From: Sumerlaeia bacterium
GTDB lineage: Bacteria; Sumerlaeota; Sumerlaeia; SLMS01; JAHLLQ01
Assembly (NCBI GenBank): GCA_040219255.1
Contig: JAVJSW010000023.1
Coordinates: 1 to 38,568, forward strand
DNA: 38,568 nucleotides
Direction of reading: 5' to 3'
The notes beneath the pieces are model-generated. The model was not told the origin of the DNA and ran no database searches. It worked only from the letters and a program-made list of their open reading frames with translations. Every line of letters starts with the position of its first letter. Positions within the stretch are counted from its first letter, which is position 1. Positions 26,658 through 36,809 of this stretch are shown one piece after another. The translations under genes and the position numbers were made by a program.

Positions 26658-29369
26658 ATGATGGAGACTCAAGCACTGCACAGCGCAGCACTGCACAACG
26701 CAGCATTGCCCATTCCGGCATGGGCCAAGGCGGCCTGCCGGATTGCTTTCCTGGCGTCGGCGGTGTTTTCGTTTCCAGCGCTCGCCGGGGCGGCCACCTT
26801 CATCGTCGACACGGCGGTGGACGAATCGGACGGCAGCGGCACCGGCGGGGTTTCCCTGCGCGAAGCCATCGCCGAGGCGGCCGAGGGCGATGAAATCCTC
26901 TTCGCCGCGCAATTGGACGAAACACCGATTCCATTGACCAGCACGATCACGATCGACAAATCGCTCTCGATCCTGGGCAACGGGGTGACGCAGACGATCA
27001 TCGTAGGGAACGACAACTTCCGGCTCCTCGCGATCGATCTCGCGGCGGACGAGTCGCTGCTGATCGATGGGCTGCGGCTGAGCAATGGGTCGGCGGTCGA
27101 TGGCGATGAAGGCCCGCTGTTCGGCGGAGGTGCCGCGCACATCGGGGGCATCGGGCAAGCGACCTTCCGATGGGTGGAATTCACCGACCACTTCACCGGC
27201 GACAATGGTGGCGCGGTGAAAGTGGGAGGAAACCTTGCCCCCAAGGCGCGGTTCGAGAGCTGTGTTTTCCAAGGCAACAATGCCAATGGCCGAGGGGGCG
27301 CTCTGTCCATCGACTCGGGAAACCCGCAAACGTCGGTTCTGATTCTCAACTGCACGTTTTCGGGAAACTCGGCTCAGTTTGCCGGCTCCGCCATCGACTG
27401 TGCGGCGCTGGTGCCGGCCGATTCCGAGCAGCTCAAGATCTTCCATTCGACCATTACGGGTAACACGGGCACCTCCTCAGCAGGGGCAGCGGTCTGGGTG
27501 CAGGAGGGACGGGTGGCGATCGGCAATACCGTGATCGCGGGCAACGATACGCCGTTTTCAACCCTCGATATCGCGATCAATGGGACAGACGGAACGGTCG
27601 AGTCGCTCGGCGGAAACCTGATCGGAGCCGATGGGACCGAGGGCGCCTTCAACTCCTTTGACCAAGTGGGAACGCCCGCTTCGCCTCTTGATGCCATGCT
27701 GGGACCCCTCGCGGACAATGGCGGGCTGGTGCGGACGTGTGAGCTGCTGGCGGGAAGTCCAGCCATCGATATGGCCTTGGTGTCCACCCTCAGAGCCGAA
27801 GATTTCGCCGGCATCGGCGCGGGCGATGCGCGGGGGTTCTTTCGCAACCGCGGCCACGTGGATGCGGGGGCCTATGAGCGAGAAGGTGACAGTACCCTCC
27901 TTGCTCCAAATCAACCCGGAGACAGTCTGATCGATGCCTTGGCGGGAATGGTCAATGCTCGAGCCTTTTTCGAGAACAACTACGAAAGGGATGGGCTCTT
28001 AGTCAATGTAGGTGATTTCGATCTCGGCAGTGTCCCCCCCATCATTATCAGAAACCCCATCGGCGAAATCAGTTTCTCCAACAATCAGATCATCGGCCCC
28101 CGGTTTGTCATCGACCGCAAGAACGCGGGCGGGAAGGTCGGTTTTCAAGGCGTTCGCTTCTCCGCCCAAACGCCAGGCGCCTATGGTGGTATCATCGAGC
28201 ACGAGAGCACAAACGTCCCCCTGACCATCGAGGGGTGCCGGTTTGTGAACGGTGTCGCGAACTTTGGGGGTGCGCTGGCGCTGCGGCGCGGGGCCACGGC
28301 GCATGTGGAACGTTCATCGTTTTCCTCGAACCAGACGAGCTTCATGGGAATACCGAATAACGCCGGCGGCGCCATCTGGGCCGGGCCGGAATCGACGCTG
28401 ACGCTGGTGAATTCGACGTTGTCGACGAACGGTTCGACGACCACGGATTTCGGAGGCGGGCTGTCCGTTTCCTCGAATGCGACGGCGACGATCATCAACT
28501 CGACGATCGCGCTGAACTCGGCCGCCTTCACGGGCGGCGGGATCTCCGTGGATGGTTCGGGGGCGAGCGTCCGCCTCGGCAACACGCTGGTGACGTCGAA
28601 CACGGCGGGGACGGTCAGCAGCGCCGCCGACGTCAACGGGGCGCTGGAGACCCTGGGCGGGAACATCCTGCGCACCGGTGGAGGCAGCGGCCTGACGAAC
28701 GGCGAAAACGGCGACATCGTCGGGACGGAGTTTGCCCCCGAGGCCACCGGCATCGATGTGGCTCTCCAGGGCAACGGGGGTCTTCTGGAAAACCACGCGC
28801 TTCTCGAAACGAGCCGGGCTATCGACAGCGGCGTCCCGAACCTCTTCGAGCAGTTCGCCCGCTTTCCCGTTGCGGGGGCTTCGGGAAATCCCTTCACCGA
28901 CCAACGCGGCGCCGGATTCCTGCGCCGCCGCGGCGAAGGCATCGACCGGGGCGCTTTCGAGGTGCAGCAGGGCGCCAGCCCAACGCCAACACCCACGGCG
29001 ACCCCGACGCCGACTCCCACACCAAGCCCGACGCCTACGGCCACCCCCACACCGACAGCGACTCCGACGCCTACGGCCACGGCGACTCCGACACCGACAC
29101 CAACCCCGACTCCCACACCAAGCCCAACGCCTACGACCACCCCCACACCGACAGCGACTCCAACGCCTACGGCCACGGCGACCCCGACGCCGACTCCGAG
29201 TCCCACGGCCACTCCAACGGCCACGCCGACTCCGACTCCGACTCAGACTCCGGCGCCCGGCTCCATCGTCGAGGTTCTCCTGGGCCAGAGAAGCCCGGGC
29301 CAATCGGACAACACGAACGGGGATTTCCTGGTGGACGTCGCGGATGTGGTGCGGAGGCTGGGGGAGTGA
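26658..29369 (+). CDS. Large secreted CSLREA-type protein: two beta-helix/choice-of-anchor-Q-like modules, PT linker, dockerin-like C-terminus
   Basis: GGAG RBS 26646; signal ending ALAGA|ATF; VSLREAI; GGA repeats; LGPLADNGG...SPAID...DARG...DAGAYE and LQGNGG...AID...DQRG...DRGAFE; terminal [15 protein letters not shown]. Confidence 0.85.
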   Translation: MMETQALHSAALHNAALPIPAWAKAACRIAFLASAVFSFPALAGAATFIVDTAVDESDGSGTGGVSLREAIAEAAEGDEILFAAQLDETPIPLTSTITIDKSLSILGNGVTQTIIVGNDNFRLLAIDLAADESLLIDGLRLSNGSAVDGDEGPLFGGGAAHIGGIGQATFRWVEFTDHFTGDNGGAVKVGGNLAPKARFESCVFQGNNANGRGGALSIDSGNPQTSVLILNCTFSGNSAQFAGSAIDCAALVPADSEQLKIFHSTITGNTGTSSAGAAVWVQEGRVAIGNTVIAGNDTPFSTLDIAINGTDGTVESLGGNLIGADGTEGAFNSFDQVGTPASPLDAMLGPLADNGGLVRTCELLAGSPAIDMALVSTLRAEDFAGIGAGDARGFFRNRGHVDAGAYEREGDSTLLAPNQPGDSLIDALAGMVNARAFFENNYERDGLLVNVGDFDLGSVPPIIIRNPIGEISFSNNQIIGPRFVIDRKNAGGKVGFQGVRFSAQTPGAYGGIIEHESTNVPLTIEGCRFVNGVANFGGALALRRGATAHVERSSFSSNQTSFMGIPNNAGGAIWAGPESTLTLVNSTLSTNGSTTTDFGGGLSVSSNATATIINSTIALNSAAFTGGGISVDGSGASVRLGNTLVTSNTAGTVSSAADVNGALETLGGNILRTGGGSGLTNGENGDIVGTEFAPEATGIDVALQGNGGLLENHALLETSRAIDSGVPNLFEQFARFPVAGASGNPFTDQRGAGFLRRRGEGIDRGAFEVQQGASPTPTPTATPTPTPTPSPTPTATPTPTATPTPTATATPTPTPTPTPTPSPTPTTTPTPTATPTPTATATPTPTPSPTATPTATPTPTPTQTPAPGSIVEVLLGQRSPGQSDNTNGDFLVDVADVVRRLGE
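28977..29255 (+). repeat. Pro-Thr low-complexity coding repeat with internal 96-nt duplication
   Basis: (PT/PS/AT)n for about 90 aa; CCGACTCCCACACCAAGCCC occurs at 29010 and 29106 with continuing similarity. Confidence 0.9.
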
Positions 29370-29609
29370 TCGGCGAGAGGGGCGGTGTCGTCTTCAAGAA
29401 AAATCGGCACGGAGCAATCCCTTGTCCGGGTGACTGCGGCACGCCGAATCCTTTCTCGCAAGGAAGGCAAAAGAATTGGTGATTGCCAAGAAAAACCCGA
29501 AACTTTCGCTGCGTAGGGGTCAAATGGGAGGGCATGGCAATACGCGGTGGCTGGAGATCGTTGAATGTATTGAGTCTAGCAAGAGGCCCTCCGCTCGCTT
29601 TGGCTTCCT

Positions 29610-29650
29610 CTCTGTGGAATCTCTGTCCTCTGTGGCACTCTGTGGTTGAA
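29610..29650. repeat. Short CTCTGT(GG) tandem motif in intergenic DNA (REP-like remnant)
   Basis: CTCTGTGG at 29610, 29628 and 29638; CTCTGT at 29621. Confidence 0.5.
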
Positions 29651-29750
29651 GGATCGTGGCGGCGGCGGATGGGGGAAATTCAGCCGTTGACCCGGCCATT
29701 TGCTTTCGCCTAAGGTTCGTGCCTGGACAGCCTCTTTCCGGGAAGTTTCG

Positions 29751-31658
29751 ATGAGCCCCAATACCCCCCAGCAAGCCAGTTCCGATTACGTCGTCATCGC
29801 GCGCCGCTACCGGCCCCAGACCTTCAGCGAGGTCGTGGGCCAGAAGTCCGTGGTGACGCAGTTGCAGAACGAAATCCGCGATCATCGCATCGGCCACGGA
29901 TATCTCCTGTGCGGTCCCCGCGGCACGGGCAAGACCTCCACCGCGCGCATTTTCGCCAAGGCGCTGAATTGCGAAAAGGGACCGACAACGGATCCCTGTG
30001 GCGTTTGCAGCCAATGCCAGGAAATCGCCGCCGGGTCACACCTGGACGTGATCGAGGTGGACGCGGCGTTTTACACAAAGGTGGAAGAGACGCGCGGCCT
30101 TCTGGAGGGTGTCCACCGAGGCGCGTTCAAGGGCCGTTACAAAATCTACATCATCGACGAAGTTCACATGCTCAGCGTCAGCAGCTTCAATGCGCTGCTG
30201 AAGAATCTGGAAGAACCGCCGGAGCGGGTGGTCTTTATCTTCTGCACCACGAACCCCGAGAAAATTCCCGAGACCGTGATCAGCCGGTTGCGGCGCCTGA
30301 ATTGCGACCGCATTAAGATGTCGGATATCACGACGACGCTGAAGCGGATCATGGAAAAGGAAGGCGTGAGCTGTGCCGAGGGCGAGGAGACGGCGATTCT
30401 GAATGCCATCGCGCTCGCGTCGGAGGGTGGCTTGCGCGACGCGGAGGTTTATCTCGATCAGGTCATCAGCGTCTCCAGCGGGGAAGTGACGCTGGAAACC
30501 GTGCGTTCGATTCTGGGGGTGGTGGAGAGCGATATCTTCACGCGGCTCCTGAAGCACATGGCCGAGCGCGAAACGAAAGAGGCGCTGCTCCTGATCGCCG
30601 ACATGGTGGACCGGGGGCGGGACCTGTCGAGCTTCGTGAAGATGTTTGTCAGCTTCCTGCGCGATGTGATGCTGATCAAGGCGGGTGCTCCGCCCGATTT
30701 GCTGCGGGTGGCGGACGCCGGCACGGCGGAGTTCAAGGAGGTCGTGGAAGCGCTCTCGATGCCCATGGTGCTCAACACGGTGCAGCAGTTCGTGGACCTG
30801 GAGGAAAAAATGAAGGGCGCGGCACCGCCCCGGTTCTTGCTCGAGTTCGCGCTCATTAAATTGACGTCCATCGATCCGCGGCTGGTGCTCGACCCGGGCT
30901 TTGGCCCCGGCCCCGGCGGCGGCGGGGGAGTGGCCGCGGGGGGTCGGCCAGGCGCCGGGGCGGCGGGTCCCGCACCGCGTCGGGCGCCCGCGCCGCCGTC
31001 GGCCGGTCCGCGGGCTATGGCGCGGCCCGCGGCTCCCTCGCGCGGCACCGCCCAACCCGCCGCCGTCCTGCGCGAGGCGGCTCCGGAATTGGAGGAACCA
31101 CCGCAGGCCCGCATCGAAACCATCCACACGACGGACGCGGAACGGTGGGATGCGCTGCTGGAGTATTTGCAGGAGAACGCGATGATTTTGTGCGGGACGC
31201 TGCGCCGGGGCCGCCTTGTGGAGGCCTCGCCGGAGCGCTTTCTGGTGGAGCTGCCGGCGACGGAGCGCTCGACGCTATCGTTGCTGGAAAAGCCCGATTC
31301 GCAGGCGCGGCTCCGCGAGGCGATTCGTCAGGCCTGGGGCCGCCCCATGTCGCCGAAGTTCACGATTTCCGAACAGGCGGCCCCCGCGCCCGCTCCGCCC
31401 CGGCGGACCCAGGTCGAAGCGGAGGACGATTTCCCGGATGAATCGCCGCAGAGCTTCGAAGAGGCCTCTTTTCCTCGGCGCCCGCAGACGGCGGCCCATG
31501 GCCCCCGGCCCGAGCCGGTGATGACCCATGGCGATGTGAAATCGCTGAAGGAGGCGATGGAGATTTATCCGGAATTCCGCGAAGCCTGCGAAATGGTCGA
31601 GCGATGCCTGGGTGTGAAGCCGTCCTCCTTTAATGGGCGGAAGATCGAAACCATTTGA
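29751..31658 (+). CDS. dnaX: DNA polymerase III subunit gamma/tau
   Basis: ARRYRPQTF, GPRGTGKTS, zinc motif C...PCGVCSQC, IIDEVHML, NALLKNLEEPP, GGLRDA; upstream of ybaB-recR. Confidence 0.96.
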   Translation: MSPNTPQQASSDYVVIARRYRPQTFSEVVGQKSVVTQLQNEIRDHRIGHGYLLCGPRGTGKTSTARIFAKALNCEKGPTTDPCGVCSQCQEIAAGSHLDVIEVDAAFYTKVEETRGLLEGVHRGAFKGRYKIYIIDEVHMLSVSSFNALLKNLEEPPERVVFIFCTTNPEKIPETVISRLRRLNCDRIKMSDITTTLKRIMEKEGVSCAEGEETAILNAIALASEGGLRDAEVYLDQVISVSSGEVTLETVRSILGVVESDIFTRLLKHMAERETKEALLLIADMVDRGRDLSSFVKMFVSFLRDVMLIKAGAPPDLLRVADAGTAEFKEVVEALSMPMVLNTVQQFVDLEEKMKGAAPPRFLLEFALIKLTSIDPRLVLDPGFGPGPGGGGGVAAGGRPGAGAAGPAPRRAPAPPSAGPRAMARPAAPSRGTAQPAAVLREAAPELEEPPQARIETIHTTDAERWDALLEYLQENAMILCGTLRRGRLVEASPERFLVELPATERSTLSLLEKPDSQARLREAIRQAWGRPMSPKFTISEQAAPAPAPPRRTQVEAEDDFPDESPQSFEEASFPRRPQTAAHGPRPEPVMTHGDVKSLKEAMEIYPEFREACEMVERCLGVKPSSFNGRKIETI

Positions 31659-31750
31659 GTCAGCGGGGCCGGCGGGGCAGGCTGCCGACCCGTGGCGGAA
31701 TGGGCCGCCGCGCGAACCCTGTCGAGCGATAGAAAGCGAAGTCTTCTCTC

Positions 31751-32062
31751 ATGATCGATGCGTCGATGATCAAGAATCTCCAGCGCGAACTGCACACGCG
31801 CGTGGACCAAGTGAACGAGAAACTGGACGAGGAGAACGTGGTCGGGTCCGCCGGCGGCGGCGTCGTCAAGGTCACCGTCTCGGGCAACCGGGTGGTGAAG
31901 GCGGTGGAAATCGGCGCCGAAGCCATCGACCCGGACGACCCGGAGATGCTGCAGGACCTGATTATGGCGGCGACCAATCAGGCGCTGGAAAACGCCAAGA
32001 AGCTGCACGAAGAACGCATGGGCGCGGTGACGGGCGGGTTGAAGCTCCCCGGCTTGTTCTAA
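31751..32062 (+). CDS. ybaB: YbaB/EbfC nucleoid-associated protein
   Basis: GSAGGGVVKVTVSG, DPDDPEMLQDLIMAATNQA, TGGLKLPGLF; conserved dnaX-ybaB-recR synteny. Confidence 0.95.
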   Translation: MIDASMIKNLQRELHTRVDQVNEKLDEENVVGSAGGGVVKVTVSGNRVVKAVEIGAEAIDPDDPEMLQDLIMAATNQALENAKKLHEERMGAVTGGLKLPGLF

Positions 32063-32069
32063 GTCGCCG

Positions 32070-32672
32070 ATGCCCAAACTTCCTCGAGCCCTGGAGCAGA
32101 CGATCGCGGAATTCGGGCGGCTGCCTGGCGTTGGCCGGCGTTCGGCCGAGCGCATGGCGTTTTCGCTCCTTGTCGGCGATCCCGAGCGCAGCCGTGTCCT
32201 GGCCGAAACGATCGCGCGCCTGCGCGATGAAATCGGCACCTGCCCCACCTGCGGGTACTTCACCGAGCTGGGCTCCTGCCCGATTTGCGAGGAAACGGCG
32301 CGCGACCGGACGATTCTGTGCGTCGTCGAACGTGACATGGATGTTATCGCCTTCGAACGGGCCGGGGGTTTCCGCGGCTTGTACCACGTCCTGGGCGGCG
32401 TTCTGTCGCCGTTGAAGGGCGTCACGCCGGACGACCTGCGGATCGACGGGCTCTTGCGCCGCGTGCGCGGCGGCGAGGTCGAGGAGCTGATCCTGGCCAC
32501 GAGCCCCAGCGTCGAAGGCGACGCCACGGCCCTTTATCTGTCGGGGGAACTGGAAGCCAGTGGCGTCCGCATCACGCGTATCGGCCGGGGCGTTCCCATG
32601 GGCGGGGCCTTGGATTTGGCGGACAGCGGCACGTTGCGGCTGGCGCTGGAAGGGCGGCGGACCTTTGACTGA
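32070..32672 (+). CDS. recR: Recombination mediator RecR
   Basis: LPGVGRRSAER HhH, CPTC...CPIC zinc finger, YHVLGG.LSPL, EGDATA Toprim. Confidence 0.97.
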   Translation: MPKLPRALEQTIAEFGRLPGVGRRSAERMAFSLLVGDPERSRVLAETIARLRDEIGTCPTCGYFTELGSCPICEETARDRTILCVVERDMDVIAFERAGGFRGLYHVLGGVLSPLKGVTPDDLRIDGLLRRVRGGEVEELILATSPSVEGDATALYLSGELEASGVRITRIGRGVPMGGALDLADSGTLRLALEGRRTFD

Positions 32673-32693
32673 TTTCACCGCGAGGGACTGCCC

Positions 32694-33971
32694 GTGAACG
32701 CCTACGATGCCGCGTACATCGCAGCCATTCCCGCGTTCGCTCCCGTGATCGCGTACAAGCGGCTGCGCTATGGCAAGTACCGCGATTCGCTGCCGGGTAT
32801 GCTGGGGCGGCGGTTACCGAGCGAACCGCTGGCGCCCGCGGTGGAGCACCGGTGCTGGATGCACAGCGTTTCCGTGGGCGAAACGGTGGCGGCGTCGAGC
32901 CTCTATCGCGAGTTCCGGCATCGCGCACCCGGCTGGGAATTCCTCTGCACGACCACGACGGAGACCGGCCAGGCACAGGCCCGCCGGGCGATGGATTCGG
33001 CGGAGCGGGTGGCATTCGCCCCCGCCGATTTTTCCTGGACCGTGCGGCGATTCTTCGATGCCTATCGCCCTTCCGTTTATCTGTTTTTCGAGACGGAAAT
33101 CTGGCCCAACACGCTGATCGAGGCGGGGCGGCGCGGGCTGCCGGTTTTCATGGTGAACGGCAAGTTGAGCGACCGCTCGGCGCGCCGATATCGCCAATTC
33201 CGCGGCGTGTTCCGCGAGCCGCTGGCCAGCGTCCGGCGCTTCTTTATGCAAACCGAAGCCGACGCCGAGCGCATGGCCCGGGTGCTCGGCAGCGACGAGC
33301 GCATCGAAGTGACCGGCAACGTCAAGTTCGATGCCTTGCCAGAGGCGCTCTCGCCGGACGAGCGGGCGGCGCTGCGGCGCGAGTGGGGGATCGCGGAGGA
33401 CGCGCCGGTGGTGCTCTTTGGTAGCACCCATCCGGGCGAGGAAAGCCTTGCGCTGCAAGCGTTCGCGCAGGTGCGCGAGTCGCTGCCGGACGCGCGTCTG
33501 GTGATCGCTCCGCGCCATCCCGAGCGGTTCGATGATGTCTGGCAATTGATCGGCGAACGCTTCGGCGAGTCGCGCCACCGGGCCAGTGCAGGCCCCGCGC
33601 AGGGCGCTTCGGCGGTGGTGCTGCTGGACAAGATGGGTGTGCTGGCGCGGTCCTTTGGGGCTGCGGACGTGGCGTGCCTGGGCGGGTCGTGGGCGAAGAT
33701 TGGCGGGCACAATTTGCTGGAACCGGCGGTGCATGGCATCCCCGTTTTGCGCGGGCCGCACATGCACGCGCAGAAGGAAATCGTGCGGATCCTGGGGCCG
33801 GAGCAGGGCGCGCCGGAAGTGGCCGAGGGCGACTTGGCGCCGGTCTTGGCGGAGTTGCTGTTGGATACCGAGAAACGCCAGCAACTGGGCGCGATGGCCC
33901 GCGAGGCGGCCATCTCGAACCGCGGAGCGGCGGGGCGCGTGGCGGGGCGGATTCTGGAAATCGTGAACTAA
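32694..33971 (+). CDS. waaA: 3-deoxy-D-manno-octulosonic acid (Kdo) transferase
   Basis: WMHSVSVGE, TTTTETG, ETEIWPN, TGNVKFD, GSTHPGEE, APRHPERF, GGHNLLEPA; GTG start. Confidence 0.95.
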   Translation: MNAYDAAYIAAIPAFAPVIAYKRLRYGKYRDSLPGMLGRRLPSEPLAPAVEHRCWMHSVSVGETVAASSLYREFRHRAPGWEFLCTTTTETGQAQARRAMDSAERVAFAPADFSWTVRRFFDAYRPSVYLFFETEIWPNTLIEAGRRGLPVFMVNGKLSDRSARRYRQFRGVFREPLASVRRFFMQTEADAERMARVLGSDERIEVTGNVKFDALPEALSPDERAALRREWGIAEDAPVVLFGSTHPGEESLALQAFAQVRESLPDARLVIAPRHPERFDDVWQLIGERFGESRHRASAGPAQGASAVVLLDKMGVLARSFGAADVACLGGSWAKIGGHNLLEPAVHGIPVLRGPHMHAQKEIVRILGPEQGAPEVAEGDLAPVLAELLLDTEKRQQLGAMAREAAISNRGAAGRVAGRILEIVN

Positions 33972-34876
33972 GCGAGGCAGCGGCGGGCGAAGCGCGAGGG
34001 TTCGCGGCCTTCGTAACCGGCCAAGAACGCCAAGGCGAAGCGCGCGTGCCATTGCTCGGGCCCATCCGCCAGGCGGCGCCATTCGCGCCATCGCAGCCGC
34101 CACCGCATGCGGGCGGCCGCGTGTTCGTATTCGCCGACGAGGCGTTCGTGCAGCTCGGGGAACTTTCGGGTCAGGCGGCGCGCGCTCTTGCCGCGCATCC
34201 AGGACTTCGCCAAATAGTCGTCAGCGTCGAAATAATGCACATGGTAGGCGATCGCGGCGGGCGCGAAGGTGACCCACATTCCCGCCTTGAGCAGCCGGAA
34301 TCCGAACTCCGTATCTTCGAAGGCTGGGTCGGGAAAGGACTCGTCGAAACGCTCGCCGCGATCGAACCAGGACCGGTCGAGGCTTGCGTTGAGGGTGTGA
34401 AAGTACTCCCAGGTGGTGGCGGCGGGGTCGTCGATCAGGTAGTAGAATGAGTCGTGGTGGGCGACCCAGTGCATGAAATCGGTGGTCATGACCTCGGGCG
34501 CCCAGCGGGTATTTCCGATGACGGCGTGGCCGGGCCGTGCGGCGTGGGCGCGGGCGTGGGCGGCGAGAAAACCGGGTTCGAGCCGCACGTCGTCGTTGAG
34601 AAAAAGGATGATCTGGCCGGCCGCCTTCTCCACCGCGAAGTTGCGCACGCGCGCCGGCCCGCTCCGCGTTTCGAGGCGAAAAAAGTGCAGCGGCGCGCAG
34701 TCGGCGGGCCACAGTTCGCGCACGCGGCCTTCCATTTCCAGGGGGCCGCCGTCGCTCGCCACGATCAATTCCCAGGGTTCCGCGAACGCATCCGCCGCCA
34801 GACTTTCGAGACACGTCACGAGCCGCTCGACGCGGTCGGCGACGGGGATGATGACGCTGAGGCGGGGGATGGCCAT
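33968..34876 (-). CDS. Glycosyltransferase family 2
   Basis: LSVIIP, VASDGG, GPARVRN, ILFLNDD, FDESF...FEDTEFGFRL. Confidence 0.9.
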   Translation of the reverse strand: MAIPRLSVIIPVADRVERLVTCLESLAADAFAEPWELIVASDGGPLEMEGRVRELWPADCAPLHFFRLETRSGPARVRNFAVEKAAGQIILFLNDDVRLEPGFLAAHARAHAARPGHAVIGNTRWAPEVMTTDFMHWVAHHDSFYYLIDDPAATTWEYFHTLNASLDRSWFDRGERFDESFPDPAFEDTEFGFRLLKAGMWVTFAPAAIAYHVHYFDADDYLAKSWMRGKSARRLTRKFPELHERLVGEYEHAAARMRWRLRWREWRRLADGPEQWHARFALAFLAGYEGREPSRFARRCLA

Positions 34877-35010
34877 GGGGGGATCCGGCGGGAAAATGGG
34901 CGCGGCTTCCGGTTGCTTCCGGACGGCGCAAGGCCGGAGCGTTCCCTTGGCGGCGCGGCGGGTCAAGCCCGGCTCCGCGCCGGTGCTGACCTTTCAAGGC
35001 GGGGAAACGC

Positions 35011-36804
35011 ATGCTCGCGATCGTGGCCGGTTTGGTGGTTTTCGTTCTGCTGCTGTTGCACGAGGCAACGGCGGGGGGCTCCGTGTCGCTGGCGTGGTTG
35101 CTTGTCCTTGGGGGATTTGCGGCGCACGGGGTTTGGCTGTGGCGGGTGCTGAGGGCGGGCGCGGAAGCGGCGCACCAGAAGGCCGCGCCCCAGGTGCCGC
35201 GCGCTGTGGTGGCGGGGCTTTGCGGGGTCGCGGTGGCGGCGGTTTGCGGGTTCGCGATGATGGGGCTGTTCGATCGCATTTTCACCGAACCGGTGGACGC
35301 CCTCGGGACGGCGCAGATGGGCTTGATCGCGCAGGCCACGGACCGCCTCGCATCGGGCGAAGAACTCTACATCGATTCCTATCGCCGCTTGGGTTACGAA
35401 GCCATGCTGCCGATTCCCGAGTTGGCCATCGCGCCATACCGCGTGGTCCGGGGGGCCGGGTTCGACTGGCGATTCGTGAACATCCTGGGCGTGGCGGCGA
35501 TGGCGTCGGCGGTGCTGCTGGGGCTGCTGGCGGCGTTTCGCGCCGGATGGTTCCGGCCCACGTGGCAGGTCGCGGCGGGTCTGGCGGCGGTGGCGGTGTT
35601 CGGCTGCGGGTGGTTGTTGTTTCCCAGGGCCGATGGGTTCCTGCATTACGGCCATGGGCTCGTGTTCTGGCCGGGGGTGTTACTGTTCGGGTTGTTGCTT
35701 TCCTTTCGCCGTTATGTGCTGGCGTCTGTGGCGATTTCGGTGCTGGCGGCGTTGAGCATCGGCTGGGTGGTTTTGCTGCCGATTTATTGGGCGATGATTT
35801 GGGGTGAAGACCGGCGCCGCTTCGGCCTGTACGTGCTGCTGACGGTGCTGCTGCCGGCGTTGGCCTACGGGTGGAACATCGAGCATTTCACCGCTCAGTT
35901 CGCGGCGCTGGTGGGCGAGCCCTTCACCATCGGCGAGGTCCGTCGGGAACTGGGCCAGGGCCCGCTCCAGCCGACTCTGGCGGGGCTGGCGGATTTCCTG
36001 GCGCTGAGGCCGTTGGTTTACATTCTGGTGATTCTGGCGATGGTCGAACTGGCGCGGTTCCTGATCCTGCCGGGCCGGTCGAGCGCCGCACGGCGGGCGA
36101 TTTTCGCCATCGCGGCGTTCCTGGTGGTGGGGGCGGCCCCCGCCACGGATCATTTTCACTACTACGCTTATCTGGTGCTGATGGCGGGTCTGGTGCCCGG
36201 GTGGTTGCGGGTCGAGGGCCCCGAGCCGGAGGACCCCCTGACGGTCGCGAAGAACCATTGGTCGCTGCTGATGGGCGTGGCCGTTTGCGCGGCGGCGGGG
36301 GCGGTGATGGCGTTTGTGCCGCTGTTCCTGGTCAAGCGCGGATTGCCCGGCATGGTGAACGAACGGCCGGGCCAGGTCGTGTTCGCGGAGACGCTGCTGG
36401 GCGAAGGGTCCGAGTGGAACTGGCGGTCCGAGGACCACGCTTGGGGCCGGACGCGGAGGCTGCGGTTGCGGATGCCGCTGGACAGCCGGGGCCCGGCGCG
36501 GGTGCGGCTGAACCTGGGCGTTTTCGGCGGCGATTGGGTGCCGCCAAACCCGGTGCGGATCAGCGTCAACGGGCGCGAAGTGGCCGTCTTCGAAGGCAAC
36601 CCGGGCCAATTCGGCGCCGTGGATTTGGCCTTCGACCACAGCGAACTCCTGATCGGCGCCAACGCGATCACGCTCGACGCGGAGTGGGCGCGCTCGCCCG
36701 AGAGCTTCGCCGTGGGCGGCGACGACCGGCCGCTGTCGGTCTTTTATTCGGGATTGACCTATCGGCCGGTGGCGGCGACGACCGAGGCGGCTCAGAAGGA
36801 GTGA
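35011..36804 (+). CDS. Polytopic membrane protein, GT-C (GT87-like) candidate, with C-terminal extracytoplasmic beta-sandwich
   Basis: More than 10 hydrophobic segments; loop D...IAQATDRLASGEELY...Y...P resembles the GT-C first loop; soluble C-domain (VRISVNG, GANAITL, DDRPLSV). Family call is tentative. Confidence 0.6.
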   Translation: MLAIVAGLVVFVLLLLHEATAGGSVSLAWLLVLGGFAAHGVWLWRVLRAGAEAAHQKAAPQVPRAVVAGLCGVAVAAVCGFAMMGLFDRIFTEPVDALGTAQMGLIAQATDRLASGEELYIDSYRRLGYEAMLPIPELAIAPYRVVRGAGFDWRFVNILGVAAMASAVLLGLLAAFRAGWFRPTWQVAAGLAAVAVFGCGWLLFPRADGFLHYGHGLVFWPGVLLFGLLLSFRRYVLASVAISVLAALSIGWVVLLPIYWAMIWGEDRRRFGLYVLLTVLLPALAYGWNIEHFTAQFAALVGEPFTIGEVRRELGQGPLQPTLAGLADFLALRPLVYILVILAMVELARFLILPGRSSAARRAIFAIAAFLVVGAAPATDHFHYYAYLVLMAGLVPGWLRVEGPEPEDPLTVAKNHWSLLMGVAVCAAAGAVMAFVPLFLVKRGLPGMVNERPGQVVFAETLLGEGSEWNWRSEDHAWGRTRRLRLRMPLDSRGPARVRLNLGVFGGDWVPPNPVRISVNGREVAVFEGNPGQFGAVDLAFDHSELLIGANAITLDAEWARSPESFAVGGDDRPLSVFYSGLTYRPVAATTEAAQKE

Positions 36805-36809
36805 CGAAA

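Noticed and set aside
26673-26709. 15-nt tandem repeat ([10 protein letters not shown]) in the signal region of the CSLREA protein
   Set aside because: In-frame, 2.5 imperfect copies; cannot cause phase variation.
28977-29255. Repeat arrays (this PT repeat and the His repeat at 37557-37718) as CRISPR
   Set aside because: In-frame low-complexity coding repeats without unique spacers; no cas genes.
29370-29750. Expected SRP RNA (ffs) or tRNA upstream of dnaX
   Set aside because: No TCAGG...GGAAG.AGCA helix-8 motif and no cloverleaf or T-loop found by eye.
30800-30815. A-run GAGGAAAAAATG as a dnaX gamma/tau frameshift site
   Set aside because: Does not form an in-frame X XXY YYZ heptamer such as A AAA AAG, and the run is too short for transcriptional slippage.
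35871-36809. Apparent 313-aa N-terminal extension of LarC in the ORF track
   Set aside because: Overlaps the membrane protein gene out of frame and reads as Gly/Arg-rich noise; LarC homology starts at ATG 36810 after an AAGGAG RBS.
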